Shown: in pieces, positions 22,276 through 33,300 of the stretch
Numbering within the stretch: position 1 is the stretch's first letter
How the letters are laid out: the number at the start of each line of letters is the position of its first letter
Source of the DNA: Octopus vulgaris
Taxonomy: Eukaryota
Length of the DNA stretch: 64,000 nt
Assembly: GCA_951406725.2 (NCBI GenBank)
Contig: OX597836.1
Coordinates: 24,862,001 to 24,926,000 of the forward strand
Direction: 5' to 3'
The notes under the pieces: generated by a model
What the model was told of the DNA's origin: nothing
What the model saw: the letters and a program-made list of their open reading frames with translations, nothing else
Databases searched by the model: none
Translations under genes and position numbers: made by a program

Positions 22276-23074
22276 ATATTATTATTAGTAGTAGTAGTAT
22301 TAGTAGCAGCAAAAGCAGTCGTAGTGGTAGTAGTGGTGGTGGTGGTGTTTGTTTGCATTTTTTTTTACCTTTTTGTTGCTGGGCACCCATTAAATCTTAT
22401 GTAATAAATCAGCAAAGATAATTTTATCAAGCATAAGTATTAGATTGCTTTGAACTATAACTTGACTGAAATGTTTTGTCATGAGGATTAACAAGAATTA
22501 TCTCAAAGAGCGATTGTGACAAATCATTTATTATCTTAACAATCATTGCCACTATCATATCTTCCTGTTTTATGCAAGTATCCATAGTTGCTGGGTCAAC
22601 CTAGACTGTTCCAGACATTGAATGCCTCTCCCAACCTCACCACCAAGCACCACACTCCACCATGCACGCACGATATGTAGCAACTCCATTTACAAGATTT
22701 GCAGACCCACCAAAAACAGCTTCTAAATCAGTTGTGGACAAACTGTGACCCATGGCACTTTCGAAATAGCATTCTTTGATTTTTTTTTGTTTTTACTTAT
22801 TTCAGTCATTTGACTGCAACCATGCAACATGGAGGAGATTTAGCCAAACAAATCGAGCCCAGGACTTATTCTTTGTAAGCCTAGTGCTTATTCTGTCAGT
22901 CTCTTATGCTGAACCGCTAAGCTACAGTGATGTTAACACAGCGACACCAAGCAATGGCAGTGGTAGGGACAAATATGGACACAAACACACAAATACACAT
23001 ATATGTACATATATATATAGAGATATAGATAGATAGATAGATAGATGACAATCAACCTTATATAGAAATATATT

Positions 23075-23115
<41 letters not shown>

Positions 23116-23511
23116 TTAAATATTTAAATCACCTGAAGAATGACTGTAACTCGAAATTTTAAAATTGGACAGCCATGTGTGTTATACTAATTATCTTTTT
23201 TTAATAATTTTGATATATATTTAAAATAATATAAATTAATTAATCTTATGTATTGGCTTAAGTTTTCATTGTATGATTTGCCTAATAGTGGTTTTATCTC
23301 TAATTTAATATAATATATATATATACATAATATATATATATACATTCAAAATGTGACCACGATTTTTTTTCCTCTGTCTTCCCTTCTATGTTTCCGACGA
23401 AGAGCGCCGCTCGAAACATTAAACCCTCCTTCTTTCCTGAGCGTCCAATAATACAATATTTGTTCCACGTCCTCGCGTTGTTGTGTTTTTTTTGTGCTTT
23501 CATGTTTGGAT

Positions 23512-23547
<36 letters not shown>

Positions 23548-23689
23548 CATATATATACAGTTATGTCTGTGTGCATATAAAGATAGATAGATAGATAGGT
23601 ATCTGCAGGTATAGGTTAGAGATGTTTAAAGCCTCTAAGGGAAAGATAATTTTGTATTCCAATGTATCCCTCTACTTTTCGCTCTTTTC

Positions 23690-25330
23690 TCTACCTCTGA
23701 CTTCTTCGTTCTGATGACCTTGCTCTAATAGTTGAGTCACTGCCAGAACTGGAGACGAACTTTAGGGTGTGGAAGCAAGGTCTAGAATCGAAGGGCCTTA
23801 GGGTTAACTTAGCAAAAACCAAAGTCTTAGTAAGTAGGAAGGTTGTCAAATCACAATCCCCTTCAGGTAGATGGCACTGCTTGATCTGTAAAAAAGGCAT
23901 GGGTAGAAACTCCATAAGATATACCCAATGTAAGCTATGGACACATGAAAGGTGCAACAATATCAAAGGAAGTCTAACCAGGAAAATAGTCTTTGTGTGT
24001 GGCAGATGCATAAGGGCAATAAACACTGAAGATGTACAGAAAACAGATTCCATCACATGCCAGGGGAATAAACTAGAAGTAGTTAATAGCTTCGGCTACC
24101 TAGGCGACCAAGTCTGTAGTGGGGGTGGTTGCTCTGAGAGTGTAGAGACTAGAGTAAGAATAGCCTGGGCAAAGTTCAGGGAGTTCCTACCTACCTCTGC
24201 TGGCAACTAGAAGCCTCTCACTCAGGGTGAAAGGTAGACTATGATGCATGTGTGCGAAATACCATGCTACACAGCAGTGGAACATGGGCCGTGACTGCTG
24301 AGGACATACGCAGGCTTTAAAGAAATGAAGCTAGTATGTTAAGTTAAGTTAATTTTTTGGCTCAAAAAGCAAAAAGCAAGGCCATGTAGGGGGACATGGA
24401 GTTATGTACAGGGTGGTGTTCATGCAAAGAGTTCAGGCCATTTGTAGTCAAGGGAGACTTTGAACCGAGCAGTCGTTGGCATCTTCACTATCTCGTTCGG
24501 CAGCTTATTCCCCTCTCCTTCGATTGAGATGAAATCATTGCAGATAGAGCTTTTCAGAGTGACCCCGCAGCCGACGTTCTGGAGCAGGAGTGAAGAACAG
24601 CTCTTTCGAGAGGTTACACTTTCCACTTATGTGTAATGTCAGTGTGCATACATGACAGAGTGTAAGTGCCCTAAGAGAAAAGTTAGGCATAAGAAGCATC
24701 AAATGTGGTGTGCAAAAAAGGCGACTGTGCTGGTATGGTCATATGGTACGTATGAATGAAAACAGCTGTGTGAGGAAATGCCACTCCCTAACTGTAGAAG
24801 GAACCTGTGGAAGAGGTAGACCCAGGAAGACGTGGAATGAGGTGGTGAAGCATGACCTTCGAACACTAGGCCTTCGACAGAGACAATGACAGGAAATTGG
24901 GACCTTTTGAGATATGCTGTGACTGAGAAGACCCAGCAACTAAAGTGAGATCACAGCCAAGAATACCCCTGATGCGTCAGGCGATATGATATGCTTGAGA
25001 AGACCTGTTGAGTCAAGTAAAACCAATACTGTAGCTGTGGTCAGTTCCTCCTGACTGGTTCCTATGCCGGTGGCACATAAAAAGCATCATCCGAATGTGG
25101 CCAATACCAGTATCCCCTGACTGGCCCCCGTGCCTGTGGCATGTAAAAAGCACCCACTACATTCTTGGAGTGGTTGGCATTAGGAAGGGCATCTAGCTGT
25201 AGAATCATTGCCAGATCAGTTTTGAGCCTGGTGCAGCAGCTGGTTCTCCAGACTTCAGTCAAACCATTCAACCCATGCCAGCATGGAAAACAGACATTAA
25301 ACAATGATGTTGATGATGATGATGATGATA
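23690..25330 (+). mobile_element. RTE-X-like LINE 3' portion (RT end, Zn-finger, 3' UTR, GAT tail), interrupted by a CR1-like insert
   Basis: SDDLALI...WKQGLESKGLRVNLAKTKVL...C..CKKGMGRNSI...CKLWTHERC...FGYLGD...RVRIAWAKFRE...GRPRKTW. Confidence 0.88.
24338..24628 (-). mobile_element. CR1/L2-like LINE 3' end nested inside the RTE element
   Basis: NKLPNEIVKMPTTARFKVSLD resembles the CR1 WNxLP.EVV......FK..LD C-terminus; (TAACT)n tail; the host RTE resumes on both sides. Confidence 0.65.
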
Positions 25331-26389
25331 TGAATATTTGTATGTATGTATTCTCACGCCCTGTTCAATGTTGTAGTTTAAATCATTTTTTTTTACAAAG
25401 TACTGACACCTTGACATAATTTTGTAAATACTGCATCAGACTTTCTGACAAGCACAAACGATATATGAACGATTTTATCGCATAAAAACCTGAATACACA
25501 TGTTAAACACTTCATTAAATACCTTGAGCATATCATTGACTTCTTTATATCTCAATATCCATGACATTAACAACAAACACTTTAGACAGACTCCATTCAG
25601 TATTTCTATCAGTCTACACTATGAAATCCACTGAATTGTAGAATTAATCTTAGTTTCCAAATTTCTAAAGGTGGCAGTAGTGGTGACGAAGGAGAAGGAA
25701 ATGGTCCCACATTGGTTTTTTTTGGAGGGGTTATACATGATGGACTTGAACCATAGGCCACTGTGCATTGATTAATAATTCAAGAAATTTTGGTAGTATA
25801 AGAAACATTTGTGTCTACTTTCAGAAAACCATTGACTTAATTACCCTGAAAAATATCTCCAAAATTCCCCAAAATCTTGCATTTCAAAATTCTTTTTCAC
25901 TTTTAGGGTTACTTGACATCTCTAGCCTTTCTTTCCTTATTATTTATTTAATAAGGAAATATAAGAGTAGATTGCACACATATATTTCTAACATTGAAAT
26001 ATTCTCAAACTTGAGATATGAGATGTTAAATATGGCTACAAGTTTACCAAAATCTTCAAATTCAGTTCAGCCCCTTACTGTGAATGCCCACAGAATTAGA
26101 ACCATACATACTTAGAAGCTGAAATTCTCAGGATTGACTAAGCACAAGGATAGCTTCACTTAGAAAAAAAATTCAGGCAATTTGACAGAAAACATCATGC
26201 AAGTTTGGTTCACTGTTAGTCTATAATTTTCTTTAAGTCTAGCACTTGTTCTATCAGTTCTTTTGCCAAACTGCTAATTTATGGGGACATAAACACACCA
26301 ACACCGGTTTCAAGCAGTTTCAGGAGAGAAACAGACACAAAGACATACACAAAAACATGACAAGAACAACATCCCCAGACCTGGAGGCA

Positions 26390-26750
26390 ACCAGAGATGC
26401 ACCAGTAATGTGAACACAGCCAACACCCAAGCCTGGAAATACAGTGTGGCTTTCAAGCAATGCTTGTGTAACCACAGGTCCTCATCCAAAGTACCAGAGA
26501 GACGATCTGTCACATCCCTGGCCAGCCATGTGTGGTGCCTCGAAGATTAAGGGATGTCATACGATATCAAGTGGGAGATCCTAGAACAGCCTGGCTCCTA
26601 CACCAACAGGAGTCGATGCTGCAAGCTCTGCATAACCTAGTGAACTAGGATACTCAAAGACTCCCTAAAATTGGGGTTGCTGAATACTCGCCAAGAAATC
26701 TTTACACCATGCATCCATTTCAGGTGCTACCTACTGCAAACATGGGATTA
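26390..26750 (+). mobile_element. Penelope-like element C-terminal GIY-YIG remnant
   Basis: FKQCLCNHRSS...TSLASHVWCLED*GMSYDIKWEILE...Y.NRSRCCKLCI...LLNTRQEIFTPCIH matches the Penelope/Neptune C-terminus. Confidence 0.75.
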
Positions 26751-26999
26751 ACCCATTCACAGAAACGTCCTCACGATACATTAGAAAGGATATTCCTCAA
26801 ATAACTGGTCTAGGGGAGATAACCCATCCTCACTATCACTGACCCTTTTTATTCTTTGATGACCATTGACCCATAATAACTTTTCACCCCTGAGAGGCGA
26901 AGAGTTAATGAATTTGTTTGATGAGTTGTCCACAAAACTATGGCTTTTGTGGATGCAAAACCATTGTTCACTCTATGATAAGACATTAACTTTAATATA

Positions 27000-27163
27000 T
27001 AGGCGCAGGAGTGGCTGTGTGGTAAGTAGCTTGCTAACCAACCACATGGTTCCGGGTTCAGTCCCTCTGCGTGGCATCTTGGGCAAGTGTCTTCTGCTAT
27101 AGCCCCGGGCCGACCAATGCCTTGTGAGTGGATTTTGTAGACGGAAACTGAAAGAAGCCTGTC

Positions 27164-27221
<58 letters not shown>

Positions 27222-27400
27222 GTGTTTGTGTGTCTGTGTTTGTCCCCCTAGCATTGCGGTTCGGCAAAAAGAGACCGATAGAATAAGTACTGGGCTTACA
27301 AAGAATAAGTCCCGGGGTCGATTTGCTCGACTAAAGGCGGTGCTCTAGCATGGCCGCAGTCAAAAGACTGAAACAAGTAAAAGAGTAAACGAGTAGAGTA
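27000..27400 (+). mobile_element. SINE family A with an internal deletion
   Basis: Family consensus match. Confidence 0.85.
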
Positions 27401-28074
27401 TATATGTCTGTATGAGTTCGAGGTTAAGCAATATTCACGTTCGAATCTACCTGAACGTATTTAGAATAAATATGTAAACTATCGTTTATTGACTGTTAGC
27501 TGTACCAATACAGACTATCACGACTTTTGTTGGGCTTTAAACAACAATCCTCGTTGTTGTTTAGGCCTAGGTCAGCCTTGATCGGGCAGACAAGTCTATG
27601 ATCCTTTGCTCTCGGGCCACGACCTCACAGTCCTATATTCAGACATAGTGTATCTACGAGTACATTATCTAATGTGTCCTTTCTTATGACGGTAAGATGT
27701 GACTCAACTGTTATTTTTAGCAAGTCAAGCATTCGGGTGGAGGGGCGTAGCCTAATGACTATAGTGTTGCACTTACGATCTGGCGATCGTGGTTTCGATT
27801 CGTGAACTGGTTGGTGCATTGTATTCTTGAGCAAATATTTCCTGTTGCTCCAAAACATTCAGCCCTAAATAAATAAATCTCAAGACAGACTGGCGTCCCG
27901 TTCAGGAGTTGCGTTGTGATCTCGGTCAAGTTTACGCCATGGGAAGTGGTTAAAAGGTTCTGAGAGGTCAACGTTTATCAACGTTTTTAATTATCGGGTC
28001 ACATCAAAAACCTGGATTTTTTTTAAGGGATCGCACCAAAAATTGTATAACAAATCAATCAAAGAAAAAAATTA

Positions 28075-28369
28075 TTGGCGATCTTTCGTCTCTAGTAGAC
28101 CTTTCCGTCGATTTCCGTAAAAAACATTTTTTTTTTTTACATATGGGCTTGCGGGAACTTTTGAAGTAATGAGAGCGAAAGAGACTAAGAGAAAGCGATT
28201 GTATGACGAGGGAAGTTCTTTTGAAGTTACCCTGCATGGGAAGCATTGCTGTACATGTATGTGTGTGTGTGTGTGAACTTCAAAAGTTCCCGCAAGCCCA
28301 TAAGTAAAAAAAAAAAATGTTTTTTACGGAAATCGGCGGAAAGGTCTACTAGAGACGAAAGATTGCCAA
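28075..28369. mobile_element. Fold-back/MITE-like element with ~93-bp near-perfect inverted arms
   Basis: 28075..28167 is the reverse complement of 28277..28369 with few mismatches. Confidence 0.85.
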
Positions 28370-29549
28370 ATTATTATATTTATAAAAGGAAAAACGATAA
28401 GCATTTATGTAGAAATATTCTTTAGGACACGTGTGACTGTTTATCGTCTGATCAAGCAGGCCTCTGACCAAAAACGTTTCGGACCGGTCCATTTTGTATG
28501 CCAGATGTCCTTCCCTTTTCTACGACAGAAATAATATGACTAAGAGTTTTTGTTGATATTTCTAGTAAGTACAGTATACCTTATTGCTATTTCGAAATCT
28601 GACGAGGACCACAGTATACCAAACTGAATGGTTTATTTTTATACCAAAGTGAATGCGAATAGCGGCGTATTTTATAAAATATAGGGAATGTATAGAAACA
28701 AGATGGTTTATTTAAAATAGCGAAACGAAAATAAAAAATAGTTTAGTCTTTTTCTACTCAAGGTAGAGAATTTCTTTTCATTTTAAAAGCACGTGTACTA
28801 CGAGAAATTCATAAAAAAAAAAAAGAAAATGGGTTTATTCCATCATGAAACAAAAAATAACACGAGCGATAATAATGTCCATTTTAAGGGCTTGTATATT
28901 GAGGGAAAAGCTTTTCGGTAACTTAGAAATATTCAATTAGAAGCAACACTTATAAAACCCCATTAATTATAAGAAGTAATGAAGTATATGAGCCGGGAGA
29001 AATTTCAATAAGATGCAATTTGTAAACAATGGTTTCGTTTCGGTATTTCGTGTACACCAGGGTGCTTTTATACATTCCCTTTTGTCCTTTTTTTTTTTAA
29101 AAAAAAAAAGAAATTATGCCACGATTATCTACATTTAACAACAAAAATATCATACAAACAAGAGAGATGATGATTCTATAACTTCAGCAAATAAATTAGT
29201 TTACACCATTGTCAATGTTGATGATGATGATGATGATGCCTGATTGCCAACACAAGGAAGTTAATGTAAATCACGCGCTGAAATCTCCTAAAAGACTCAA
29301 ATATTGAAATCTCTTTCATGTGTGATTAACGTTACTTGGTAGGAGGGGGGTTTTATTTGAAATTTTGTTGGGTGAATTTTTTAAGAAATGCAAAAGTAAC
29401 AGAAAGTTTAATTCAAAAACTAACTCAAAAATGTTACATTCTATAGAATAAAAAACATTAATAACGTCACTATGACATCCGTTGAATCTGAAACTGTCAC
29501 GAGAAAGCAGCCTCGATTCCGTTAATGTTTTGTCACAATGCAATTGTAC

Positions 29550-29863
29550 CACCGCTCCCTCCCCCTCCTTCTTTCTCTCATAACGTCTCCTTCTCCTCCT
29601 CTGTCGTTCTCTCCTTTTGTCTCCCTCTTCTCTCTCTCTTTCTCTTATTATGTCTCCTTCACCCCTCTCTCTTTCTCTATATCACTTTTACTTCCTTCTC
29701 CCATCCTTTTCGTTATATCTGTTCTCCCTCTCCCTCTCTCTCGACATATATCTCTCTCTACCCTTTATTCTCACTATCCCTCCCTCTTCCTCTTTCGTTA
29801 TATCTCTTTCTCTCCCCTTCATTCGTTTTCCCCCCTCTGTCTATATATATCCATATCTCTCTA

Positions 29864-29896
<33 letters not shown>

Positions 29897-29898
29897 TT
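29550..29898 (+). repeat. Polypyrimidine (CT-rich) tract upstream of NPEPPS
   Basis: About 350 bp of almost exclusively C/T on the plus strand, ending in (TA)n. Confidence 0.85.
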
Positions 29899-30223
29899 AA
29901 ACACCCGGGGATATACCCCCCCATTTATACCGCATATTCTCATTCATTGCTTGTCTTACATGTTATATAGTCTGCTTTTTTTTTTACACTCTCTCATTCA
30001 ATAACAACAATCAGTCGACTCCGGCTTGTTGTCACCATTGCCACTACTACTATCATTATTATATAGTTTTTCTGAACAAGGCTGCTGCCACTTCATTCAC
30101 ACCCGGTCTGTATTCACCATTGCTGCCACCTGCATCAACGCCGCCGCCGTCGCTGCTGCCGCCACACCATTGTCATCCACCACACCAGCAAACATCATCG
30201 TTAATTGAAAAAGACCCTGAGAC

Positions 30224-30346
30224 ATGGCCGAGAGACGTCCGTTCGAACACCTACCTTCAACTGTTATACCCGTCAACTATGCCCTGCTTTTCAAACCAGA
30301 TTTGGAAACATTCAAGTTCACCGGATCCGGTGATATTGATGTCCAA
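30224..30346 (+). CDS. NPEPPS: NPEPPS exon 1 ([41 protein letters not shown])
   Basis: gacATGG start, CAA|gtaagt donor; homologous to MPEKRPFERLP..V.P.NY.L.LKPDL. Confidence 0.93.
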
Positions 30347-33300
30347 GTAAGTTATAGAGTAAACCTTTATATATATATATATATGTATATATATACAAAA
30401 TAATATGTATGTATATATATGTATATATATACATATATATATGTGTGTGTGTGCATCTATATGTGTGTGTGTGTGTGCATATATATGTGTGTGTGTGTGC
30501 ATATATATATGTGTGTGTGTGCATATATATGTGTATATGTGTGTGTGTGTGCATATATATGTGTGTGTATATATATGTGTGTGTATATATATATATGTGT
30601 GTATATATATGTGTGTATATATATATGTGTGTATATATATATATGTGTGTATATATATATATGTGTGTATATATATATATGTGTGTATATATATATGTGT
30701 GTATATATATATGTGTGTATATATATATGTGTGTATATATATATGTGTGTGTATATATATATATGTGTGTATATATATATATGTGTGTGTATATATATAT
30801 GTGTGTGTATATATATATGTGTGTATATATATATGTGTGTATATATATATGTGTGTATATATATATATGTGTGTATATATATATATGTGTATATATATAT
30901 ATGTGTGTGTATATATATATATGTGTGTATATATATATATGTGTGTGTATATATATATGTGTGTATATATATATGTGTGTGTATATATATGTGTGTGTAT
31001 ATATATATGTGTGTGTATATATATGTGTGTGTATATATATGTGTGTGTATATATGTGTGTGTATATATATGTGTGTGTATATATATGTGTGTGTATATAT
31101 ATGTGTATATATATATGTGTGTATATATATGTGTGTGTGTATATATATGTGTGTGTGTGTGTGTATATATATGTGTGTATATATATGTGTGTGTGTATAT
31201 ATATATGTGTGTGTATGTGTATATATATATATATATGTGTGTGTGTGTATGTGTATATGTCTGTATATATGTGTGTGTGTGTATGTGTATATGTCTGTAT
31301 ATATATATGTGTGTGTATGTATATATGTTGTATATATATATATGTTGTATATATATATATATGTTGTATATATATATATATGTGTGTATATATATATATA
31401 TATGTGTGTATATATATATATATATGTGTGTATATATATATATATGTGTGTATATATATATATATGTGTGTATATATATATATGTGTGTATGTGTATATA
31501 TATATATGTGTGTGTATGTGTATATATATATGTGTGTGTATATATATATATAATGTGCTGCATCTATGTTGAGAATTTTATTTAGATTTCCTATATTTTT
31601 TGAAATTATTCTGTGTCGGTTTCCTTTTATGAATAAATCTTAAATCCCTTTGCATGGAATTACATTGGTAAGAGACGTGATGATGATGGCCATGTCTTTG
31701 CAACCCCCACAACACTTTATTTTAAATAAATGTCTGTGGATGAATTTTTAGTGGAAAGGGGAAAAAAAAATGTCTAAAGTTTTGTTGGAAAAAAAAACAA
31801 AAAAAAAAAACGCCTGCGACATTTAGTTTCGGCCCTTAAACCATTTTAAGTTCAAACCACACTTTGGGTTTAGTTTTTGCCTTTCATCCTCCATCAAGGG
31901 TCAATGATTGAAATTTACTGGGGAGGGGGGGTCTTTTTCTTTTTATTTAAATATTTCTCCATCTCTTCTAAATCACCATCCACCATATATATATCAATGG
32001 AATTTCCACATGAAACAAAGCAAGTTGCATAAAATGGAAATCGAAACTGGATCGCCGGACCGGCTTGCCGGAAACTCGCTTTGTAATGCGGCGCCGGCGC
32101 TAAAATTGCTGCATTTTTTTTCTTCCTCACTCATCTTTTTATCATTTTATATATCTCGTTACATACGACTCCATTACTGTGCTACACCTCGCCTGTCTTC
32201 TCCAAACGTTTTCCATGTGGCACTCCATAACGCTCCTCCATATTCCCGTCTTTACTACACTCCATCGTGTGTATTTACTATGTCTCCATGTGTCAGGACA
32301 CAATGTACTCTATCATGTGCTGTATGTCTACTATAAATGTCAGTGTCAGCCTGTACTCTATCTTCCTCTATAAATATATCCATGAGTCACAGTCTGTATT
32401 GTACTCCTTGGTGTATTTGATGCTTCTTTATTTGTCAGTTTTTCTGCAGCCTAACGTGTATTTACAGTAAATATCTCCATGTGTACTTTCTACTATTTGT
32501 TTGGCCCGAAATCGTTATTGAAAGGGGGAAATAAAGCCATTATATCAGCACTTTTCTATGATGAATATTTTATTAAAGATTTTTTTCTTCTTTATGATAT
32601 TTTTAATGTCGGTTATTGACGCATTTTCCTGTGTATTTCTATCTTAACTCGGCATCGGACCTTCCTCATGCCTTTTTACCACGGTTCCATCTCATCTTTA
32701 GCGTGGAATAAATACTTAAAACTGAAAATTTGAAACTAAACTAAACTTAAATCCACATAATTCGTCCAACCGACGATCGATCCCACACTCACACGTGGCC
32801 GCTTGATGAGTTAAAAATAACAGCCAAATCTCCCTTAAATCAAATTTTACATTCTGAAGCATATAACAAAAGAAGCATTAATCCCAGATATATTATTTCT
32901 GAAAAAGAAACGGAGGTTGCGATAAGTGAAAAGCTTTCAGTTCCGGCCAGATCTTCTGGGTTAGTCCTGACTTGCGGTTACACAATAGAAACTAGAGACC
33001 GATCTATCATTGAGTTGGACGTTCAATCCGAACGATTTTTTATTTTTTTAAATTTCCCCCCTATTTCGTTGAGTAAAAGTTGTGTAAAAGAAATCACAAA
33101 AATTGATCCCATCTCCTACGAAGGGGATTAAGGTTGTTTTAATAACACTAATTACATAATTAAATAAAGAGCCATTAACCGGTTTGGCTTCGGCGGTTCC
33201 TGTGGCGCCAATCAGCGTTAAATAACCATTTGAATACAAACATTTCGTTCCCGACTATTATTGATTAATAGCAACTAAAAGTTTTGTAAAACAATTTTTA

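Larger units (their letters stand above)
27900..30223. promoter_or_regulatory. Probable NPEPPS promoter/5' UTR, possibly shared with TRMT10B
   Basis: Lies between divergent genes and is visibly richer in CpG than the gene bodies; TSS not identifiable. Confidence 0.4.

Noticed and set aside
28571-28625. ctgacgag...aaac hammerhead-like string with a 10-bp direct repeat
   Set aside because: No convincing stem II and no GAAA; likely chance
29525-30004. Hydrophobic S/L/F-rich ORFs upstream of NPEPPS
   Set aside because: Artefact of the CT tract; not in frame with or spliced to NPEPPS, and an in-frame stop precedes the ATG
30405-31585. Four ORFs of 368-388 aa (YIYVCV / HIYT repeats)
   Set aside because: Translation of a (TA)/(TG) microsatellite that lacks stop codons; not protein coding
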